A stretch of DNA of 32,000 bases from Candidatus Electronema halotolerans (GCA_942493095.1 OW818675.1:60001-92000), one strand, 5' to 3'. Counted from the first letter of the stretch, positions 22,628-30,288 are shown. Numbers and translations are program-made. The notes: generated by a model from the letters alone, not told the origin.

Positions 22628-24742
22628 TTATCTCAAATTTTTCGAGGTTCCCCCATGACGGCAGGCGGCTGCCGCAGACAGGCGGCTTTGTCTGCACTTG
22701 TTGAACACCCAGCCGACCTCTTGAATGCCTGCCTGCTGGATGCGCTGCTGTGTCTCCTCAGCTTCTGCCAGCAAAGTTTTGCCGCATTCAAGCACACAGA
22801 TGAGCAAATCCGCTGCCGGGCTGAGAATGAGCGCGTCGCTGCCTGCCCGCAGAGAGGGACTGTCCAGCAAGACCATCTCATAGCCTTGGCCGCAATCACG
22901 CAGCAGCGGCAGCAGCTCAACAGCGTCGATGATGCTGCCCGGATCAGCAATATTTCGGCCCGCAGTGAGAATATCCAAGCCAGGAGCTGCATCAGGGCGC
23001 AGGGCCTCCTTAAAAGGCAATTTGCCTGCAATGACTTCAGCCAGCCCCTGCCGGTTTTTCAAAGCAAAGCTGCGATGCAGGACAGGCTGACGCAGGTTAA
23101 GATCAATGAGCAGGGTCTTTTTCCCGGCAGCGGCACAGGACAAGGCGAGATTGGCGGCCAGACTGCTCTTGCCTTCGCCGTTGCTGGAACTGGTGATCAG
23201 CACTATCTGGGCAGGCTTGCCGCCAGCCGCAAAAGCGAGACTGTGACGGATGCTCCGGTATGACTCAGCTAAGGGTGAACCGGGCGGCAGGCGGGAAAGC
23301 AGCCGCCGTCCGCGCAGGTGGCGGAAAAAAGGAATGCTGCCCAGCAGCCTGAAGCGGTCAAAATGGCGCAGGTCCGCAGGCGACTGAATGGCGGTGTCGA
23401 TATATTCAACGAAAAACGCGGCTGCCGTGCCCCAGAACAGGCCGAGAAACAATCCGGCCATGAGCATGATGGATTTCTTGGGAAATTTTTTCTTGTCAGG
23501 AACTTGCGCTGGTTCGACCACTCTGGTGTCAGACAAGGCGACCGCTTCAGCGACCTCCACTTTGCGCAGATAGGTGAGAAAAGTCTCATACACGTCTTTG
23601 CTGGAGGAAAGAGACAGCTCCAGCTGGGCCAGCCGGGCGGATTTCTCTGGAATGGCAGCCAATTTTTTCTCATATTCAGCAATCATGCGCCGGAGCAGGG
23701 TGCTTTTGGCCCGTCCCACTTCCCGGCTGATCTGAAGATCAACCAATTTGCTCGACAGAGAGTCATAAACCGGATCAATGCCGAAATTTTTTCGGTTCAA
23801 GGTGATGCTCTCGCTCTGGCTGATCAATTCCTTGACCTTGTCCAATTCGCTGGCCAACTGCTTGTATTCAGGATGATCTTTCTGATAGACCGTGCTCTTG
23901 GCGGCAAAGCTGATCAGCAGTTCGTTCAACTTTGCCTTCAGCGCGGTCATCTCGCCGTCTTTGGAAAATTCCTCAGTCTCCTGCCGATACTTGCTCACCT
24001 TGTTGAGCTGGGCCTCTGCGCTGGCGATTTCCTTGTCCTGCAAGGCAAGAAGCTGCTTGTTGTCCTCGTAACTTTTTGTCAGGTCGTTGAGCCGGGACAT
24101 GGTGTTGCTCAACTCAGTGTCCAAGTCTGCCGCGTTTTCATTGACTTTGAAGGCCGTCAGGTCGTCAAGCGCTGTGCTGTAATCGGCATGAAGCAGGGGC
24201 AGTTTATTTTTTATGAATGCCTTGACTTTGCCGAACTCAGCCTGCGCCCGCTGGACATTGAAGTCAAGATACAGCTCTGCCAGCCGGTTGGCAATTTGGG
24301 CAGACTGCTCCGCTTCTGGCGAGGTGGCCGTGATTTTGAGAATCGCGGTGTCCTCCTCCTGCTTGATCTTGACCGCAGGCTGGGGCAGCAGCTTGTTGAT
24401 CAGCGCGGCATCGACCAAATCCTCGGCCTTGATGGTCTCGCCATCCCGGTCTTTCAATTTGAGTTTCTTGATCAAATCGTCCAACAGCGGCCTGACCTTG
24501 GCCAAGGCGGTCTTGGTCTCAAAGATATCCTCATCGCTGCTTGCCACAGTGCCGGGCATGTCCAGCTCGGCCATCAATGACGACAGGGCACTGGAGGACT
24601 GAATAAAGAGCTTGGCCACGGCCTGATAGGTGGGCGTGATCAGCACGGCTCCGGCGGCAAAGGCGAGGAAGAAAAAAAGAAAGACGGCAAGGAAGGTGCA
24701 TTTCCGCCGCAGGAGGGTGTCCAGCAGTTGTAAAAATTCCAT
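22628..24742 (-). CDS. Polysaccharide co-polymerase / tyrosine-autokinase-like protein (Wzc/GumC/EpsG type, PCP-2)
   Basis: ATG 24742 after AAGGA. N-terminal Wzz-type TM segment, long coiled-coil periplasmic region and a second TM. C-terminal P-loop domain (Walker A SSSNGEGKSS, Walker B MVLLDSPS). The last 7 codons plus the stop lie inside the IS right end. Confidence 0.88.
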   Translation of the reverse strand: MEFLQLLDTLLRRKCTFLAVFLFFFLAFAAGAVLITPTYQAVAKLFIQSSSALSSLMAELDMPGTVASSDEDIFETKTALAKVRPLLDDLIKKLKLKDRDGETIKAEDLVDAALINKLLPQPAVKIKQEEDTAILKITATSPEAEQSAQIANRLAELYLDFNVQRAQAEFGKVKAFIKNKLPLLHADYSTALDDLTAFKVNENAADLDTELSNTMSRLNDLTKSYEDNKQLLALQDKEIASAEAQLNKVSKYRQETEEFSKDGEMTALKAKLNELLISFAAKSTVYQKDHPEYKQLASELDKVKELISQSESITLNRKNFGIDPVYDSLSSKLVDLQISREVGRAKSTLLRRMIAEYEKKLAAIPEKSARLAQLELSLSSSKDVYETFLTYLRKVEVAEAVALSDTRVVEPAQVPDKKKFPKKSIMLMAGLFLGLFWGTAAAFFVEYIDTAIQSPADLRHFDRFRLLGSIPFFRHLRGRRLLSRLPPGSPLAESYRSIRHSLAFAAGGKPAQIVLITSSSNGEGKSSLAANLALSCAAAGKKTLLIDLNLRQPVLHRSFALKNRQGLAEVIAGKLPFKEALRPDAAPGLDILTAGRNIADPGSIIDAVELLPLLRDCGQGYEMVLLDSPSLRAGSDALILSPAADLLICVLECGKTLLAEAEETQQRIQQAGIQEVGWVFNKCRQSRLSAAAACRHGGTSKNLR
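22637..22652. repeat. IS right terminal inverted repeat (IRR)
   Basis: ATTTTTCGAGGTTCCC, whose reverse complement is GGGAACCTCGAAAAAT. Immediately followed by CCAT (22653-22656). Confidence 0.8.
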
Positions 24743-24943
24743 TGAATCCTTGTGATCAGCAGGACATTCCGCTGTGCCTGGCAAGCAGGATTTCCGCCGC
24801 CCGCAGCATATCTTCGGGCAGCACTGCCTGCCTACATTTCTGCGCAGTTCGTGGATTCAAGTTGCACATGCAACTTTTGCTGGATTGAAAAAAGACTGGC
24901 AGCATTGTCTTGCTCATCAGCGGGCAAAGCGGGCGCGCTGCAA

Positions 24944-24967
24944 GGCAATGGCCGCCACCTGCTCCAG
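24944..24967. repeat. 24-nt perfect direct repeat, copy A (distal to hicA)
   Basis: GGCAATGGCCGCCACCTGCTCCAG is identical to 25571-25594. Copy A is followed on the minus strand by a diverged pseudo-tail and a TGATGA double stop (24914-24943). Confidence 0.9.
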
Positions 24968-25018
24968 ACATAATTGGTGGGCAAGCAAAAAGACGATTGC
25001 CCAGTCTGCGAGAGTCCG

Positions 25019-25243
25019 TTAACAATGCAGGGCAGCTATGAAATCATCCACTGGCACGCCCGCCTGCTTGAGGATGCCTGTCAAAGTGCCAGTCTTGAGT
25101 TCCCGATGATTTGGGATAACGCAGCCTGAAGCCCCGCGCCGCAGGATGATGTGGCTGCCGCGCTGCCGCACGACTGCAAAGCCCAGCCGCTCAAAAGCAT
25201 GGACTGCCTCTGCTCCTGAGATAACCGGCAGCTTAGGAGGCAT
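25019..25243 (-). CDS. hicA: HicA-family mRNA interferase toxin
   Basis: 74 aa from ATG 25243. Matches the HicA/YcfA pattern: GAEAVHAFERLGFAVVRQRGSHIILRR...IPNHRELKTGTLTGILKQAGV. Overlaps the hicB 3' end by 11 nt. Confidence 0.85.
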   Translation of the reverse strand: MPPKLPVISGAEAVHAFERLGFAVVRQRGSHIILRRGASGCVIPNHRELKTGTLTGILKQAGVPVDDFIAALHC

Positions 25244-25442
25244 GAAGCGCAACTTCAAAGGTGGTCAGAAAAGGACGGGCGGTTATGGTTGCAGGGAATT
25301 CTTCAAGATACAGTTCGGTGGCCTCACGCAGGTTTGCCAGCGCCTCTTCAACCGTCTCACCCTGGGTTGTCGTTCCTGTCTCAGGATTGAAGGCCACATA
25401 ACCGCCTTCAGGGGCGGGCATCAGCACTGCGGAAAGTTCCAT
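25233..25442 (-). CDS. hicB: HicB-family (UPF0150) antitoxin, short form
   Basis: 69 aa. EGGYVAFNPETGTTTQGETVEEALANLREATELYLEE is the HicB N-terminal fold signature. AGGAGA RBS 6 nt before the ATG. I see no appended RHH/HTH domain. Confidence 0.85.
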   Translation of the reverse strand: MELSAVLMPAPEGGYVAFNPETGTTTQGETVEEALANLREATELYLEEFPATITARPFLTTFEVALHAS

Positions 25443-25492
25443 GCGCTTCTCCTGTTCATCTGCTTAATAAGCAAAGCGGTTTCCATGCGGCC

Positions 25493-25521
25493 AGCATACG
25501 CGCAGGAACTGCCTTTGTCAA
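25493..25521 (-). promoter_or_regulatory. Candidate sigma70 promoter of hicBA, with a palindrome between the -10 element and the RBS
   Basis: On the minus strand: TTGACA (25521-25516), a 17-nt spacer, then TATGCT (25498-25493). Downstream is the 6-1-6 palindrome TGCTTAATAAGCA (25461-25473). Confidence 0.45.
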
Positions 25522-25537
25522 CATCATTGGTCACTCA

Positions 25538-27037
25538 TCATGCCGCCGCCGCAAAGCCGCTCTTGTCCGTGGCAATGGCCGCCACCTGCTCCAGCTCGTA
25601 CAAGCGGCAGGCTTCCATGAGAAAGCGGCACTCGGTCCAGATGTCGCCATCAACCAAGGGCATGAACAGATCGTGGATGTTGTCAACACCGAGAAAGACT
25701 TGCAGGTCGTTGTTGAGCAGCTCCTCGACCGGAGCAATGGAGTTGTGCAGGGGGGCGTACTTTTGTAGCTGCTTCATGCTCAGGGCAGCAGAAGGACAGA
25801 CAATAAAGCCCATGCCCGCATCCTTGGCCAGCCGCATGACCCGCTTGCGCTCGCTCTGATCCTTGGCTGCCAAGGAGATGGAATGCACGGCCCGCACCCG
25901 GCCCTCCATGCCGTGCTCAATGGTTTTCACGGCCAGCAGCTCAGTCTCGCTTTCATCGGGATTGTTCTCCTGATCGACATGCACATCCACCGGCTTGCCC
26001 AGATTTTTGGCAATGGAGAGGATGATGTCCAGATGCTTCTCCGGCAAAGGCCGGTCTTTGGAGGGCAGGCCGCCGACCACATCCGCCATTGCGCAGGCTT
26101 CCTCAAAAAAGGCCCGTGACTTCGGCTCCAGCACCCCTTCGAGCGGCTGCACCGCCAATTCAATGGTGATCTCGTGCTTGTGCTTTTCCTTGAGGGCAAG
26201 GGCAACCTGCATGGGCAGCAGCTTGACGGTGTTGTCCGCATCAATGAAGGTGCGGCAGTGGGTCACGCCCTGCGCCTTCATCACTGCAATGCAGCGGCTC
26301 ATCCGCTCGGTCAGGTCGCTTTCTGAATAGTTTTCCTTGATGTATTTGTACAGTTCCCATTTTTTCTGCATGTTGGCTTGGCCCAGCTTCAGATTGTCAA
26401 GGGAGATGATGTAGGACTTGTCAAAGTGGGAATGATAGCAGGCAAAGCCGCCTTTCTCCAAGACCATCTGGAGAAAGTGCTTCTTCATATCCCAAGGCGC
26501 GGAAGGATCAGTGATCGAATATTTGAAGATGTTGCCTTTCTTGTCCTTGAGCAGCCGCTCCAAGGTCATGGCGGCCAGCTTCACATTGGTGAAGATGGGA
26601 ATGCCGTTCTCAATGCAGAGGGCGCGGATGGTGGAGGAATCCGAGGCTTCGTCGTAGTCCTTGTTGCCAGTGAGAATGTTGATGACTAAGTCAACTTTGC
26701 TGTCAGTAAGATAATGAAGAATATTGGGGGCAATATCATCGGCTATCTTGTGCAGCTCCGTGTTGACAACCCCATGTTCCAGCAGAAAACGGCTGGTTCC
26801 GGGAGTGGCAAAAAACTCGACTCCGATGTCCTTCAGCTCCTTGATGTATGGCATGAGGGCCTTCTTGTCCTCCTGCTTGCCGGAACTGACTAAGATGCGG
26901 GTGCGGGTGCTTCTGCTGGCCAATTTGAGGTTGAAGGTCAGCAGCTCCAAGGACTGATCAAAATGATTCATGGCGGAATGATCGAAAATGGACTTGTTGC
27001 ACGGACGCGCCCCTGCTGAACGCGCCGCCGGATACAT
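25538..27037 (-). CDS. Fusion of an MGS-like domain and a cytosine-deaminase-like metal-dependent amidohydrolase
   Basis: The N-terminal ~130 aa resemble the MGS-like fold of the CPSase allosteric domain or methylglyoxal synthase (RILVSSGKQEDKK...GVEFFATPGTSRFLLEHGV...VDLVINIL). The C-terminal ~350 aa have amidohydrolase signatures: HxH (CYHSHFD) and a CodA-like VDVHVDQENNPDESE. The start is uncertain (ATG 27037 or ATG 26971). Confidence 0.8.
   Translation of the reverse strand: MYPAARSAGARPCNKSIFDHSAMNHFDQSLELLTFNLKLASRSTRTRILVSSGKQEDKKALMPYIKELKDIGVEFFATPGTSRFLLEHGVVNTELHKIADDIAPNILHYLTDSKVDLVINILTGNKDYDEASDSSTIRALCIENGIPIFTNVKLAAMTLERLLKDKKGNIFKYSITDPSAPWDMKKHFLQMVLEKGGFACYHSHFDKSYIISLDNLKLGQANMQKKWELYKYIKENYSESDLTERMSRCIAVMKAQGVTHCRTFIDADNTVKLLPMQVALALKEKHKHEITIELAVQPLEGVLEPKSRAFFEEACAMADVVGGLPSKDRPLPEKHLDIILSIAKNLGKPVDVHVDQENNPDESETELLAVKTIEHGMEGRVRAVHSISLAAKDQSERKRVMRLAKDAGMGFIVCPSAALSMKQLQKYAPLHNSIAPVEELLNNDLQVFLGVDNIHDLFMPLVDGDIWTECRFLMEACRLYELEQVAAIATDKSGFAAAA
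25571..25594. repeat. 24-nt perfect direct repeat, copy B (inside the 3' end of the amidohydrolase gene)
   Basis: GGCAATGGCCGCCACCTGCTCCAG. On the minus strand it encodes LEQVAAIA, 10 codons before the TGATGA stop of the 25538..27037 gene. Confidence 0.9.
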
Positions 27038-27121
27038 ACAGCCGGAGTTTCCACGTTATTCCGGTGCGCTGCACGGCAGCCTGCCCCTACGGGAGAGAGA
27101 CAGATGACAGCGTCATTCTTA

Positions 27122-28360
27122 TCACAGCGTCAGCCGCTCCTCCTTCTGCCCTCCTGCCGCTGCCTCCTGCGCCTCCAAGGCCCGCCGGAAAAGGGCTTCG
27201 GCCATGCCCCTGTACTGCTTCGCCTCCTCGCCCCGCCGCTGCCGGTCGCAGAGCTTGGCCAATTCTTGATAAACACTGCCCACTGCCGGATGGTCCTTGC
27301 CGCGCAGCTTCTGGGTCACAAGCAGGGCCTTCTTGTAATATTTTTCCGACTGCTCGTAATTGCCCCAGATTCTGCAGGCTTCAGCAAGTTGGGTGCAGAT
27401 GATGATCACACTGGCCAAGTCGGGATGCGGCGATTTGCTCTTGATGGCCAAGAGCCGCTCCAGCAGGGGAACAGCGTCCAGCTCCGCCTCCAGCTCCATG
27501 TGTAGTCGGGCCAGCTTGTCAAGAATGCCTGCCAAGACCATGTCGTTGCCAGTCTTCTCTATGATTGCCAAGGCCTGCTTGTACGGGGCTTCAGCCTTTT
27601 CATCCTCTCCTTGGCTCTCATAGAGCAGGCCGAGCTGGAACCAGCAGATGCCCATTTCAGGATGGGTTTTGCCGAGCAGCTTGGCAATGCCGTTCATGGC
27701 CTTTTTATAATAGCTCATGGCCGGAGCGTGCTGGCCGGACAAGGCGGCGGTGCAGGCGATCTCCCGCCGGGTCAAGGCCAAGTCGGCGGTGTCCTTGCCC
27801 TGCTGAACCAGCAGCTTTTCAGTTGCGGAAAAGCAGGCCAAGGCCTTTTTGTACTTATACATTTTTCGGGCCAGCAGACCTGCGGCCTTTAAATAAGGAA
27901 CATTGGTCCGCTCCAAGGAAAGCGCTTTGTCAAAGCGGACTGCAGCCCGGCTGAAATCCATCCGGCATTCTGCCAGCCTGCCGCTCTGAAAGGCGGCAAA
28001 GGCGCCGATCTTGCCTCCCTTGCCAATCAGCTTGTCAAGAATCTGCTCGGTCTCAACCGTGCTGACCTTGGCCTTGACTCCGGCGCAGGCCAAGTCATAA
28101 TCAGCCTTGTCGAGCAGCTTCCGCATCTTGCCCAGCGCGGCCAGCACCCTGTTGCGGCAGAGTATCTCATTTTGGTAGCTCTGCTTGAAAAAGGTCAGCG
28201 CTTCAGTCAGCGAGGTGATGACAAGCTGGAGCTTGTCCCGCCGATCCTCGTCATGGCTTTCAATGGCAGCGGCCAGCGCGGGCAGAAGATTCTTCTTCTG
28301 CGCGATCAGACGCTTCTTGTACGACTCTGGCGGCAGAGCGATCATGCTGTCTTCTGACAC
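27122..28360 (-). CDS. Tetratricopeptide repeat protein (kinesin-light-chain-like TPR_12 repeats)
   Basis: Repeated A-x3-Y-x2-AL patterns (AMSYYKKAMNGIAKLLGKTHPE; AEAPYKQALAIIEK; SEKYYKKALLVTQKLRGKDHPAVG). Start placed at GTG 28360, 9 nt after GGAGGA. Alternatives are ATG 28345 or the full frame to 28459. Confidence 0.78.
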   Translation of the reverse strand: MSEDSMIALPPESYKKRLIAQKKNLLPALAAAIESHDEDRRDKLQLVITSLTEALTFFKQSYQNEILCRNRVLAALGKMRKLLDKADYDLACAGVKAKVSTVETEQILDKLIGKGGKIGAFAAFQSGRLAECRMDFSRAAVRFDKALSLERTNVPYLKAAGLLARKMYKYKKALACFSATEKLLVQQGKDTADLALTRREIACTAALSGQHAPAMSYYKKAMNGIAKLLGKTHPEMGICWFQLGLLYESQGEDEKAEAPYKQALAIIEKTGNDMVLAGILDKLARLHMELEAELDAVPLLERLLAIKSKSPHPDLASVIIICTQLAEACRIWGNYEQSEKYYKKALLVTQKLRGKDHPAVGSVYQELAKLCDRQRRGEEAKQYRGMAEALFRRALEAQEAAAGGQKEERLTL

Positions 28361-28467
28361 AGTCTTACTTCCTCCACAGGAAACAGTTGTCGGATGCGCA
28401 AGCCTTGCAGGAAATTCTGCGTCCTTGGTATAGCAGACTGTCCGGCTCAGGACAAGCAAATCTTTTG

Positions 28468-29088
28468 TCAGTCATCAATCACCGCTGTGCTGACCTGCTG
28501 GATATCCTTCTTCCGCACAAGGACGACCCTGCCGTCCTTGGCCGTGATCTTCACCTCCGCGCCCTGCTGTTCAATCGTTTCCGCATAATAAACTTGGCCG
28601 GAATGCAGGATCACCACTTTGGTTTCAGTCCGGCTGGGCAGGTGGAGCGGCTTCAGAATGGCGTTTTTCAGCGCGGCCCGCTTCTCGCCCGGCATGTGCA
28701 GAATGATGATCAGGCCCGCAGTCAGGGCGATCACTCCGGCAAGCAGCAGCCCTCGGCCAAACCAGTTCACCTTTTTGCCAGTCGGCTGAATTCTGCCCTT
28801 GCGCACGACAAAGAAGTAGTATTCCTTGTTGTCGATGCGCAGTTCCTCGCGCAGGTCCTTGTCAGCAGCCTTGCCGCCGCAGGAGCAGATCGTGTCCGCC
28901 TCAGCGACAAATTGGCCGCAGCAGTCGCAGATGCGCTGTGAATTTCTGCTTGATGAGTAAAAGGTCTGATCAGGCTGGAGAACAAAGCGATTGCCGCACT
29001 CAACGCATTTGAGCGACCGTTTTTTGCGCAGCTTCTCGGTTCCTTCAATCAGATAACACGCGCCGCAGGTGCCGCAGCGAAACTTCAT
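28468..29088 (-). CDS. MJ0042-type zinc-ribbon protein with one TM helix and a small C-terminal beta-rich domain
   Basis: Strong RBS AAGGAGGAG. N-terminus MKFRCGTCGACYLIEG...LKCVECGNRF is the MJ0042 CxxC...CxxC ribbon. Second Cys cluster CDCCGQ...CSCGG. TM segment GLLLAGVIALTAGLIIIL. Confidence 0.75.
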   Translation of the reverse strand: MKFRCGTCGACYLIEGTEKLRKKRSLKCVECGNRFVLQPDQTFYSSSRNSQRICDCCGQFVAEADTICSCGGKAADKDLREELRIDNKEYYFFVVRKGRIQPTGKKVNWFGRGLLLAGVIALTAGLIIILHMPGEKRAALKNAILKPLHLPSRTETKVVILHSGQVYYAETIEQQGAEVKITAKDGRVVLVRKKDIQQVSTAVIDD

Positions 29089-29103
29089 TGTGCTCCTCCT
29101 TGC

Positions 29104-30063
29104 TTATCTGGTTGGATAGTGCCCGGCCAGCCTGTGCAGCTGGGAGAGATATTCCTCCTTGCGGGCAAGCTGATTGCTGGCCTCCATGTCACGGACAAGC
29201 AGCGGAATCAGGCCGCTGATGTCCAGCCCGTGCGTGTTGCAATTCCTCCTGTTCGCCTCATCAACAAGCAGCAGGGCGTAATACGTGGTCAGCAGGCGCA
29301 CCTTGGCCGCCCGCCGGAACAGATAGGAACGCCCGCCAATGGTGTTGAGAAAGAACACAGCATATTCATAGGCCGTGGCAAAGGGAATGCGCACTGCCTC
29401 TGTCGGGCATTGCTCAGAAATGGTGGTGCTGTAAAGTCCGGCGGCCAGCTCCTCAGCATCGCCCTGCTCCTGCTCCAGCACTGCCTTGACCAAGTGCAAA
29501 TTGTCCTTGCCAAGAACCCGAAAAAAGTGGACCGTGTTGGACAGCACCGTGTAGAGGTCATCGGTTTCCCGAACCACTGCCGGTGTTTTCGCGGCCAGCT
29601 TTTTCTCCAGCACCTCAAAACGCTGCCGCACCGGCTGCTTGAGCTGGAAGTCCTGAATATACTCTTTCTTGTCCAAGGCGGTGAGAAAACTGTTCAGCCT
29701 GCCTGCCGCAACCGAGCAGTTCTGCACTGGCGGCGGCGTTTCTACTTCTGCTGTTTTGTCAGCTGCTGTTTCCGCCTCAGATGCGGCAGGCTCCAGCTGC
29801 TTTTCCTGAGCAGCGGTTTCATCCGGCACGTCCTCTGCGGCTGCTGGCATCTGCTCCTCCTGCAAGTTTTCCGGCTCGGCAGGTGCGGGCAGCAGATCAG
29901 GCCGGACCGCTTCCGGCAGCTGCTGCACCACCGTGCGCATTTCTTTGGGAAAGAGAAACCATGCTCCGGCCAGCACCGCCGCCAGGACTGTGCAGGCAAA
30001 GGCAATGGACTGTAGCGGCAGCTTCCGCCGCTCCTTCTGCTCCTGCTGTTTTTTTCGTTTCAT
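29104..30063 (-). CDS. Hypothetical membrane-anchored protein with an acidic Pro/Ala/Glu-rich linker
   Basis: RBS GGAAGGA. Lys-rich N-terminus followed by TM segment IAFACTVLAAVLAGAWFLF, a low-complexity acidic linker and a ~200-aa globular C-terminal domain. No family recognised. Confidence 0.7.
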   Translation of the reverse strand: MKRKKQQEQKERRKLPLQSIAFACTVLAAVLAGAWFLFPKEMRTVVQQLPEAVRPDLLPAPAEPENLQEEQMPAAAEDVPDETAAQEKQLEPAASEAETAADKTAEVETPPPVQNCSVAAGRLNSFLTALDKKEYIQDFQLKQPVRQRFEVLEKKLAAKTPAVVRETDDLYTVLSNTVHFFRVLGKDNLHLVKAVLEQEQGDAEELAAGLYSTTISEQCPTEAVRIPFATAYEYAVFFLNTIGGRSYLFRRAAKVRLLTTYYALLLVDEANRRNCNTHGLDISGLIPLLVRDMEASNQLARKEEYLSQLHRLAGHYPTR

Positions 30064-30288
30064 CTTATTCCTTCCACGTTGTTTTTCAGGTCGGCCCGCG
30101 CTTCACTCTATCAGATCACCGCCCCTGTCGGCAAAGAAAAACTGAGCTGTTCCGGCAAGGCAGGGGCGGGCGGCTCTTTTCCCCTTGACGCTGCGGACTG
30201 AAAAGAATAAAAAGTATCTTTCAGCCAAGCGAAAATGAACCGCCCTCCTTGCGAGGGCTTGGATTTCAACCCCCCAGGAGGAAAAAAC

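Larger units (their letters stand above)
21348..22652 (+). mobile_element. IS5-family insertion sequence (1305 bp) with 16-bp imperfect terminal inverted repeats and a 4-bp target duplication CCAT
   Basis: IRL is GGGTTCCTCGAAAAAT (21348-21363). The reverse complement of IRR is GGGAACCTCGAAAAAT (22637-22652), matching at 14/16 positions. Direct repeat CCAT sits at 21344-21347 and 22653-22656. There is a single DDE transposase ORF. The AT-rich composition contrasts sharply with the GC-rich flanks. Confidence 0.85.

Noticed and set aside
30242-30258. Small hairpin GCCCTC-CTTGC-GAGGGC in the ppaC 5' leader
   Set aside because: It is a 6-bp stem with no associated terminator or known riboswitch features, and is probably incidental.
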